DNA from: a virus
Taxonomy: Duplodnaviria > Caudoviricetes
DNA: 34,331 nt
IMG/VR virus record: IMGVR_UViG_3300022923_001480
Coordinates: 1-34,331 of that record
Direction: 5' to 3' (one strand)
The translations under genes and the position numbers were made by a program. The notes below the pieces were generated by a model. It saw only the letters and a list, made by a program, of their open reading frames with translations. It was not told the origin of the DNA and did not search any database. This document shows positions 8,753 to 15,844 of the stretch, in pieces; position 1 is the stretch's first letter; every line of letters starts with the position of its first letter.

Positions 8753-9202
8753 ATGGGAAAACATTACAGTACTAAACACTATGGACACAATATTGGACTA
8801 TCGGCAGTCTTTAGACAGCCTAACGCAGATCATTCACACTGCCATTTATTGCACGGATATAGTTTAGCATTTACATTTACATTTGGTTGTGATGAACTAG
8901 ATAATAAAAATTGGGCAGTTGACTTTGGTGGACTAAAGCCTTTGAAGGCTTGGTTGGAAGATAGTTTTGATCATAAGACTTGTGTAGATGTTAATGATCC
9001 GCATAAACAAGACTTTTATGATTTACAAGATAAAGACTTATGTGAAGTAAGAGAGTTTGATGGTGTAGGTGCAGAGAAGTTTGCAGAACACGCATTTAAC
9101 TTTGCAGACAAATTAATTAGAGAAGCAACAAATAATCGTTGCTATTGTATCAAGGTCGAGTGTGCAGAACACGGAGCCAACTCCGCAATTTACGAGGCAT
9201 AG
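8753..9202 (+). CDS. queD: QueD/6-pyruvoyl-tetrahydropterin synthase-like T-fold enzyme
   Basis: CHLLHGY, VDFGGLK, FDHK and GAEKFA motifs. AGGAG SD present. Confidence 0.85.
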   Translation: MGKHYSTKHYGHNIGLSAVFRQPNADHSHCHLLHGYSLAFTFTFGCDELDNKNWAVDFGGLKPLKAWLEDSFDHKTCVDVNDPHKQDFYDLQDKDLCEVREFDGVGAEKFAEHAFNFADKLIREATNNRCYCIKVECAEHGANSAIYEA

Positions 9203-9979
9203 ATGAGAATTATAGCAGGACCGTGTCAACACGAAACTCTAGAACAGAGTTTAAGAATAGCAAAAGAATGTAAACGTGTTTGTGATAAGCACGGTGTTGA
9301 TTATATTTTTAAAGCAAGTTACGATAAGGCAAATAGGTCAAGTATCAAAGGCAAAAGAGGACAGGGATTACAAACTACTATGCAAGACTTTGAAAGTCTT
9401 AAAAAAGTAATACCTAGTTTAAAAATTATAACAGACGTGCATAACGTCAACGAAGTTTTAAAAATAGGAGCATATTATCAAGACATAATTGATGTATTAC
9501 AGATTCCTGCTTTCTTGTGTAGACAAACTGATTTGGTCCGTGCTGCGGTCAAAACAGGAATGATTGTAAACATTAAAAAAGGACAGTTCCTTGCACCTTG
9601 GGACGTTGAAAACATTTTATCTAAAACAGAAGGTGCTAAAGAAGTTTGGATTACAGAAAGGGGAACAAGTTTTGGATATAATACTTTGGTCACTGATTTC
9701 ACTGGCCTTCAGTTTATGCTGTCTAATTATAACGTTCCCATTGTTTATGACATTACGCACTCAGTTCAAAAACCCGGAGGTATGGGCACTAGCAGTGGCG
9801 GTAATCGTGAGTATGTGCCTGGCTTGGCTCGTGCTGCATCTGCAATGGGTGTAACAGAATTCTTTTTAGAAGTTCACGAAGATCCAGATAATGCACCTAG
9901 TGATGGACCTAATGCATTACATTTAAAAGATTTTAAAACAGTTGTCGCAGACATTGTTAAATATTCTTACACAGGTTAG
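9203..9979 (+). CDS. kdsA: 3-deoxy-D-manno-octulosonate 8-phosphate synthase
   Basis: IAGPC, KASYDKANRSS, QIPAFLCRQTDL, NIKKGQF, ERGTSFGY, DITHSVQ and APSDG. Confidence 0.96.
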   Translation: MRIIAGPCQHETLEQSLRIAKECKRVCDKHGVDYIFKASYDKANRSSIKGKRGQGLQTTMQDFESLKKVIPSLKIITDVHNVNEVLKIGAYYQDIIDVLQIPAFLCRQTDLVRAAVKTGMIVNIKKGQFLAPWDVENILSKTEGAKEVWITERGTSFGYNTLVTDFTGLQFMLSNYNVPIVYDITHSVQKPGGMGTSSGGNREYVPGLARAASAMGVTEFFLEVHEDPDNAPSDGPNALHLKDFKTVVADIVKYSYTG

Positions 9980-9990
9980 GAAGATGGTTA

Positions 9991-10806
9991 ATGGCATTCG
10001 ACAAATCCAAAGAAACTAAAGAGCAACGTAAAGCAAGGAAAGCACTACTTCGTGCTGAGAAGGTAGCAAGACAACGATTGCAAGAAACTGTTACGACCGA
10101 TGCATCAGTACAAATAAATGTTCTTTGTGTTCGCTTTGGTAACAAGTACGGACAAGAATACGTCATTAGGTTAAGGAATATGGTGGAGCGCCATTTGAAT
10201 GTTCCTTATAAATTTTGGTGCTTAACAGATGATCCAGCCCCAATAGAAGGTGTTACTAGTATCATACGTCCTAATCAAGGTTATAAAAAAGGTTGGTGGC
10301 ACAAAGTACATATGTTTGAAAGTTCTATGCCTATTCCGGGTAGAATATTATATATGGATCTAGATGTAGTGATACATAATAATATAGATAAACTTGCAAC
10401 TATGTGGACAGAAGACTTTGTTGGAATTAGAGATTTTAATAGGAAGTTTCATCCTGGATATAAGTACTTGAACAGTTCAGTAATGGCGTGGAATGCTGGT
10501 AGTCAAAATTATATTTTTGATAAGTTTAAACAAAATCCAGAATATGCTATGCGAATGCAAGGAGACCAAGACTGGACTTGGGCACAGGCTAAAAAACATA
10601 TGAAGTTTTGGCCAGATAAGTGGATACAAAGTTACAAGTGGGAAATAAGATCACGCAGTGAGTTAGGAATGCAGCACGGTATAAGAAAATTTAAAACAAT
10701 ACGTGATGATATTGTTCCTGACAAAGAATGCTGTATTGCAGTTTTCCACGGTGAACCTAATCCTGCACAAGTGCAAGATAAATTTGTAGTGGATAATTGG
10801 CAATGA
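9991..10806 (+). CDS. GT-A glycosyltransferase (GT8-like)
   Basis: WWHKV, LYMDLDVVI (DxD), LNSSVM, GDQDW and VFHGEPNP. Confidence 0.8.
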   Translation: MAFDKSKETKEQRKARKALLRAEKVARQRLQETVTTDASVQINVLCVRFGNKYGQEYVIRLRNMVERHLNVPYKFWCLTDDPAPIEGVTSIIRPNQGYKKGWWHKVHMFESSMPIPGRILYMDLDVVIHNNIDKLATMWTEDFVGIRDFNRKFHPGYKYLNSSVMAWNAGSQNYIFDKFKQNPEYAMRMQGDQDWTWAQAKKHMKFWPDKWIQSYKWEIRSRSELGMQHGIRKFKTIRDDIVPDKECCIAVFHGEPNPAQVQDKFVVDNWQ

Positions 10807-11375
10807 AACAAGACACATTTATAAAAGAATATAAAAAAGCATTTAGCAGTGAATACTGTAAAAAAGCAATAGAAGTCTTTGAAATGATGAAGGAACAAAG
10901 ACAAACTATAGAACAGAATAATATCAAGAAAAATCAAGACGACAGAATTATGTATGACTGGGCACCTGGTAATGGTATACAGTATTATGATCATAAGTTT
11001 TGTCAACATTTTTTCCAAACAGTACACCAATTCTACGACAAGTATGTTGGCGAGTATGATATATTAGAAACAATTGAAGGTCATAGTCCAAAAGGAATGT
11101 GCATTCAAAGGACAGGTCCTAAACAAGGATATCACGTATGGCACGTTGAAGATGGTGGACAAGCAAGTTGCAATAGAGTAGTTGCTTACACATTATATCT
11201 TAATGATGTAGAAGAAGGTGGAGAAACAGAATATCTTTATCAAGGCGTGAAAGTAAAACCTGAAGAGGGCAAACTAGTATTTTGGCCTGCAGGTTATACA
11301 CATCCACATAGGGGCAATCCTATCTACGAAGGTTACAAGTATATTATCACTGGCTGGTATACTTATGACTCGTAG
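10803..11375 (+). CDS. 2OG-Fe(II) oxygenase
   Basis: WHVE (HxD/E), LYLNDVEEGGET, HPHRGNP and KYIITGW. Start set at the ATGA overlap at 10803. Confidence 0.9.
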   Translation: MKQDTFIKEYKKAFSSEYCKKAIEVFEMMKEQRQTIEQNNIKKNQDDRIMYDWAPGNGIQYYDHKFCQHFFQTVHQFYDKYVGEYDILETIEGHSPKGMCIQRTGPKQGYHVWHVEDGGQASCNRVVAYTLYLNDVEEGGETEYLYQGVKVKPEEGKLVFWPAGYTHPHRGNPIYEGYKYIITGWYTYDS

Positions 11376-12069
11376 ATTTATATTTGATGTTGACGGAACA
11401 TTAACACCTAGTAGATGTTCTATGGATCCAGACTTTCAACGATGGTTCCTTAACTTCCAAGAACACAATTTTGTTTATCTTGTTACTGGTAGTGACAAAG
11501 ATAAAACATTAGAGCAAGTTGGACAGATGGTTTATAACTTTGCTGATAGAGTTTACAATTGTTCTGGCAGCGACGTTTACGAACAAGGAAAAAATGTGTA
11601 TACAAGTGAATGGAAATTACCTGAACTTGCTATTAATTTTTTAACACAATGTATGAATGAAAGTATGTTTGAACTAAGAACAGGTTTACACTTCGAACAT
11701 AGACCTGGTATGTGTAACTTTAGTGTTGTAGGTCGCAATGCAAACCAAGAACAACGTAAATTATATGTTAAGCACGATACAGGTTTTGATGAACGTAATA
11801 CAATTGCAAAAGCATTTTGTACAATATTCCCAGATATAGATGCCAAAGTAGGCGGCGAAACAGGTATTGATATTTTTCCAAAAGGCAGTGATAAATCACA
11901 AATATTAAGAGATTTTGATCCCAATGACGAGTTACATTTCTTTGGCGATGCAATGCACCCTGAAGGAAATGATTATCCATTAAAGAAAGAAATCATTGAC
12001 AAAGACTTAGGTCTCTGTTATAATGTTAAAAATTGGGAAGAGACGTGGAAAATATTACGAAAAGAATAG
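11365..12069 (+). CDS. HAD-IIB family, eukaryote-type phosphomannomutase-like
   Basis: FDVDGTLT, VTGSD, NFSVVGRNA, GGETGIDIFP, FFGD...GNDY. Confidence 0.85.
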   Translation: MTRRFIFDVDGTLTPSRCSMDPDFQRWFLNFQEHNFVYLVTGSDKDKTLEQVGQMVYNFADRVYNCSGSDVYEQGKNVYTSEWKLPELAINFLTQCMNESMFELRTGLHFEHRPGMCNFSVVGRNANQEQRKLYVKHDTGFDERNTIAKAFCTIFPDIDAKVGGETGIDIFPKGSDKSQILRDFDPNDELHFFGDAMHPEGNDYPLKKEIIDKDLGLCYNVKNWEETWKILRKE

Positions 12070-13064
12070 GCTTTGCCTGCAAATATATGCACCCTGATCA
12101 GACTCAGAAGAAGAAACTTCTTGAGGAGATTCAGCGTCCATTGAACACACGCAGTACAACTGTTGCGTGGCTTAATAGGCAAACTAAAGAAGTTGCTGAA
12201 GAACGATTGTGGGACATTATGGTTCACAACATACAATCGTATTTTAATCTTATCAATTATGTAGGAGGATTACCGAATGAACTTAGAATGGTTAGGTTGG
12301 GAAGTGACGTCCTACCTGTTTATACTGAGCCTACTTGGTCTTACTTCTGGCGCAAGCCTGATGTACGAAAATATTGCGAGACTAACTTCGCTCACGTCGG
12401 CGCAAAGGCTCGTGAACTTGATGTCAGGGTGTCTATGCATCCTGGTCAGTTTACTGTACTTGCGTCAGATAATCCTGATATCGTAGAAAGGAGCATAGAA
12501 GAATTTGAATATCACACCGATGTCTTCCGCTGGATGGGATACGGCAAGTCCTTCCAAGATGCGAAGTGCAATGTACACATATCCGGTAGGCAAGGTCCAG
12601 CCGGTATACAAGCAGTCCTCCCAAGATTATCTCAAGAGGCGCGAAATATTATTACGATCGAGAACGACGAAATGTCGTGGGGCATCGACGCAAGTATCGA
12701 ACTTGCAAAAGACCTCGCCCTCGTTCTTGACATACACCATCACTGGGTCGCTAGTGGAGAATACATTCAACCAACCGACGATAGATTTGCTCGCATAGTA
12801 GACAGTTGGCGTGGTGTGCGGCCTGTTATACATTACAGTGTATCACGTGAAGATCTACTTGTAGGTCATAATCCAGACACCTTACCTAATATGGAGGAAT
12901 TACTTGAACAAGGATTCAAAAAACAGAAACTACGTGCTCATAGTGACTTTATGTGGAATAGGGCTGTTAACGATTGGGCTTTGTCTTTTAGAGACTTCGC
13001 AGATATTATGGTAGAGTCTAAGGCTAAGAACTTGGCAAGCATTGCACTTTACGAATCTATATAA
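12033..13064 (+). CDS. uvsE: UV-damage endonuclease (UvsE/UVDE)
   Basis: RIGFAC, SMHPGQF, NVHISG, IENDE, VLDIHHH, HYS, AHSD and MVESKAK. The true start may be GTG 12045. Confidence 0.92.
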   Translation: MGRDVENITKRIGFACKYMHPDQTQKKKLLEEIQRPLNTRSTTVAWLNRQTKEVAEERLWDIMVHNIQSYFNLINYVGGLPNELRMVRLGSDVLPVYTEPTWSYFWRKPDVRKYCETNFAHVGAKARELDVRVSMHPGQFTVLASDNPDIVERSIEEFEYHTDVFRWMGYGKSFQDAKCNVHISGRQGPAGIQAVLPRLSQEARNIITIENDEMSWGIDASIELAKDLALVLDIHHHWVASGEYIQPTDDRFARIVDSWRGVRPVIHYSVSREDLLVGHNPDTLPNMEELLEQGFKKQKLRAHSDFMWNRAVNDWALSFRDFADIMVESKAKNLASIALYESI

Positions 13065-13654
13065 CCTTCTTGTGCTATAACAGCATCAAGCATTTCAATT
13101 GGAAATCTAAGAATTAAATGAGCCCTATCTGTTTCTCCGTTATTGATTACAGAGTGTTCTAGTTTTGTATTAAGAATATATACACTTCCATCTGCATCCA
13201 TAGTTTTTTGTTTTCCGTCTACAGTAAAAATAAAATTGTTATCTGAAATAATAGGTATGTGTATTTTGTAAAAGTCGTGATAATCTATGTGTTTACCTAA
13301 AGACGATCTAGGAGGCATAACTGTTAATGCTGTTCCTTCTGCCATATAAAAATGACGTTTGATTAGATTAACATAACCAAAATTAAGTTTTGTTTCTTTG
13401 AAATATGGATTTCTATTTTTAGTTGTATCGTAAGGAGCATTTGGAATTGTTATATCATCGTAGTCGGTATCAATCTGCCAACCATATATATTTTTTATGT
13501 TGTATCCTTCTCCAATAGCAAAGTTGCAATCTCGCCAATCCACAATACCACTATGCCAACGTAAGTCGTCGTGGTCTAACTTTACTGTATTATAATAATC
13601 TGTAAGTTTGTTAATATTTACAGTGGTGTTTAGTTTGATTATATCGAATGTCAT
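13049..13654 (-). CDS. Aspartyl/asparaginyl beta-hydroxylase-like dioxygenase
   Basis: KHID, KIHIPI, GSVYILNT..EHSVINNG..RAHL cupin-fold motifs. Confidence 0.8.
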   Translation of the reverse strand: MTFDIIKLNTTVNINKLTDYYNTVKLDHDDLRWHSGIVDWRDCNFAIGEGYNIKNIYGWQIDTDYDDITIPNAPYDTTKNRNPYFKETKLNFGYVNLIKRHFYMAEGTALTVMPPRSSLGKHIDYHDFYKIHIPIISDNNFIFTVDGKQKTMDADGSVYILNTKLEHSVINNGETDRAHLILRFPIEMLDAVIAQEGYIDS

Positions 13655-14163
13655 TTTATATAATTATGCCAACTATCGTGTTTGATTTTTAATTGAAGTA
13701 ATTCTTTGTTTTTGATGAGGTCGTAGTAGGTGGGGCGATAAGGTTCACGTAATGGTTGCCGACCTAACTTGTCACCTTTTTCCACATTACACGGTCCACA
13801 AGCAGTTACACAGTTTTCCCAAACATTACGTCCACCTTTACTAATAGGTATAATATGATCTACTGTGCATTTATTTCTATGGGGTAGTTGTTCATTGCAA
13901 TATAAACAAGTGAACTGGTCTCTTAAGAAAACATTATACTTTGAGAATCTAACACTTGTGCTTTTTTTAATATAGTCCTTTACAATTACAACAGCAGGAA
14001 CTTTAGTTTCCCAACTAGGACTACTGATAATCCAATTGTCATACCATTCTAATACTGTAACACGTTCTAACACCAGTTGTTTGATAGATTCCTGCCAGGA
14101 AATAGTGCTTAGAGGTAATATAGAATAAGGTTTAGCGTCAGCGTTTAATACTAGGGTATCCAA
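13651..14163 (-). CDS. HNH endonuclease (McrA-like)
   Basis: RDQFTCLYC, TVDHIIPISKGG and WENCVTACGPCN. TTG start. Confidence 0.92.
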   Translation of the reverse strand: MDTLVLNADAKPYSILPLSTISWQESIKQLVLERVTVLEWYDNWIISSPSWETKVPAVVIVKDYIKKSTSVRFSKYNVFLRDQFTCLYCNEQLPHRNKCTVDHIIPISKGGRNVWENCVTACGPCNVEKGDKLGRQPLREPYRPTYYDLIKNKELLQLKIKHDSWHNYIK

Positions 14164-14194
14164 TTAATTTCACCACTTCTTCGTATAACACTAC

Positions 14195-14209
14195 TATTTA
14201 CACTAAATA
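14195..14209. promoter_or_regulatory. Back-to-back TAAATA boxes (TATTTA-CAC-TAAATA)
   Basis: Perfect inverted pair between the divergent HNH and SOD genes. Confidence 0.6.
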
Positions 14210-14215
14210 CGTAAG

Positions 14216-14773
14216 ATGTTAAAAGAACTGAAAGATATTATTATTGAAGCGGACACAAAGCGTCCAACATTAGTACTTAACCCATTACCGTATGCACGTG
14301 ATGCATTAGAACCGGTAATGAGTAAGGAAAGCGTTGACCTCCATTATGGGAAACTTTCCAAAGGATATGTTGATCGCTACAACAATAAAGAAGGTGACGA
14401 TAAGTTTAACTTTGGCGGAGCGCATTTACACAACTTGTATTGGGCGCACCTCCAACCACCTACTTCAGGGAACACACCATCAGGCAGATCGCTCGAACTT
14501 ATTGACAAAAAGTTTGGGTCTTTCCAAAATTTCAAAGAGAAGTTTATTGAGAAAGCCAAAAGTCTACAAGGTTCTGGTTGGGTATATATGGATGTTAAAG
14601 GAAAACTAGATACAATTCCTAATCAAGATTTTCAACGTGGAACTGAAATTGTTATGCTAGTTGATATGTGGGAACACAGTTATCTATTAGATAAAACTAA
14701 AGACAAATATCTTAACGATATATGGCGTATTTTCAATTGGTCGATTATCAACGACAGATTAACAGGAGAATAA
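14216..14773 (+). CDS. sod: Fe/Mn superoxide dismutase (Mn-type signatures)
   Basis: LPYARDALEP, HYGK, GGAHLHNLYW, FGSF, GSGW, NQD and DMWEHSY. Confidence 0.9.
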   Translation: MLKELKDIIIEADTKRPTLVLNPLPYARDALEPVMSKESVDLHYGKLSKGYVDRYNNKEGDDKFNFGGAHLHNLYWAHLQPPTSGNTPSGRSLELIDKKFGSFQNFKEKFIEKAKSLQGSGWVYMDVKGKLDTIPNQDFQRGTEIVMLVDMWEHSYLLDKTKDKYLNDIWRIFNWSIINDRLTGE

Positions 14774-14774
14774 A

Positions 14775-14981
14775 ATGTTCAATTGGTTGAAAAACCTATT
14801 CGGGTCAGCAAAAACTGAACCATTAGTTTTAACAGAGGAAGTCAAGGCAACTAAACCAAAGACTACCGCTGCTAAAAAGCCTGCTGCAAAGAAAAAAGCA
14901 CCGGCTAAAAAGAAGTCTACTGCTATTGTAAGAAATAAAAGTAAGACTACTAAAAAGAAAACCACCAAAAAGGAGAAGTAA
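14775..14981 (+). CDS. Small Lys/Ala/Thr-rich basic protein
   Basis: AGGAG SD; amphipathic N-terminus (MFNWLKNLFG) and a KKPAAKKK histone-like tail. Confidence 0.75.
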   Translation: MFNWLKNLFGSAKTEPLVLTEEVKATKPKTTAAKKPAAKKKAPAKKKSTAIVRNKSKTTKKKTTKKEK

Positions 14982-14984
14982 ATT

Positions 14985-15158
14985 ATGTTAGACAAATTTA
15001 AATCTTGGGTAGGAAAAGCATTTCAAGAAAGAACATCTTGGGATGGTGCAGTTTTAATTGCATTTGGTATCATTGTGTTAATTGCAAAACCTTTAGCAGG
15101 TTTATTAGCATATGCTGCTATTGCATACGGCGCTTGGACTATTTGGAAAAGCGAATAG
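14985..15158 (+). CDS. Small membrane protein, 57 aa (not in ORF track)
   Basis: MLDKFKSWVGKAFQERTSWDGAVLIAFGIIVLIAKPLAGLLAYAAIAYGAWTIWKSE. AAGGAG SD; two hydrophobic segments. Confidence 0.8.
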   Translation: MLDKFKSWVGKAFQERTSWDGAVLIAFGIIVLIAKPLAGLLAYAAIAYGAWTIWKSE

Positions 15159-15161
15159 TAA

Positions 15162-15488
15162 ATGCCAGACGCAGTTAATCTAACAGATTCTGCAATTAAG
15201 CATATGGAAGGCTTAATTGAAAAGACCGGCAAGCCTATTGTCCGACTTCAAATGAAGGGTGGTGGGTGTGCCGGATTTTCATATGACTGGCAGATGGCTG
15301 ATTCTAAAGAATTAGATGACGAAGTTATTAAATTACCTAATGGTGAATTCTGCATTGACAGTGCAAGTTTGCTATATCTAATAGGAACTGAAATAGATTA
15401 CATTGAAGAAGTATTTGGTTCTTATCTATCTATTAAAAATCCCAACTCAACATCAAGTTGTGGGTGCGGTGAAAGCGTAGGCTTTTAA
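15162..15488 (+). CDS. iscA: A-type Fe-S cluster carrier (IscA/SufA/HesB family)
   Basis: GGGCAGFSY, IDY and NPN...CGCGES. Confidence 0.93.
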   Translation: MPDAVNLTDSAIKHMEGLIEKTGKPIVRLQMKGGGCAGFSYDWQMADSKELDDEVIKLPNGEFCIDSASLLYLIGTEIDYIEEVFGSYLSIKNPNSTSSCGCGESVGF

Positions 15489-15772
15489 TTGTTCCCAATT
15501 ATAATGTCTGTATCAACAGGCATATCCCACATTTGCTTTTGTTCAACACCCTTTCGCTGTGCAAAACGCTTTGCATCACAATCTTTACATACGTGGAAAT
15601 AGTTATTATTCAGCCGGGCTCTACTGATCTTTTTTAGATCCCTGGTAAATACATTGTCACAATTGTCACACTGGAGTTTAACTACAGTTTTAGTACGCTT
15701 ATAAACGTGTTCTTTACCGTGTTTACTCTTACGTTTGTGAGTAGTTTCTTTTTGTTCTGTGCCTAAAAACAT
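15485..15772 (-). CDS. Small putative zinc-binding protein
   Basis: CDNC and CKDC pairs; basic composition. Confidence 0.7.
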   Translation of the reverse strand: MFLGTEQKETTHKRKSKHGKEHVYKRTKTVVKLQCDNCDNVFTRDLKKISRARLNNNYFHVCKDCDAKRFAQRKGVEQKQMWDMPVDTDIIIGNN

Positions 15773-15777
15773 ACTTG

Positions 15778-15813
15778 TATTTACATTCGGCTTATAGAAC
15801 TTAGAGATAAATA
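15778..15813. promoter_or_regulatory. Divergent TAAATA late-promoter boxes
   Basis: TATTTA at 15778-15783 (minus strand, 5 nt before ATG 15772). ATAAATA at 15807-15813 (plus strand, before the structural block). Confidence 0.65.
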
Positions 15814-15844
15814 TTGATAAGAAACAGAGTGTTTAGGGGATAAA

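Noticed and set aside
13651-14163. HNH gene as an intron- or intein-associated homing element
   Set aside because: It is free-standing, interrupts no gene and is coupled to the hydroxylase gene. No intron structure is seen.
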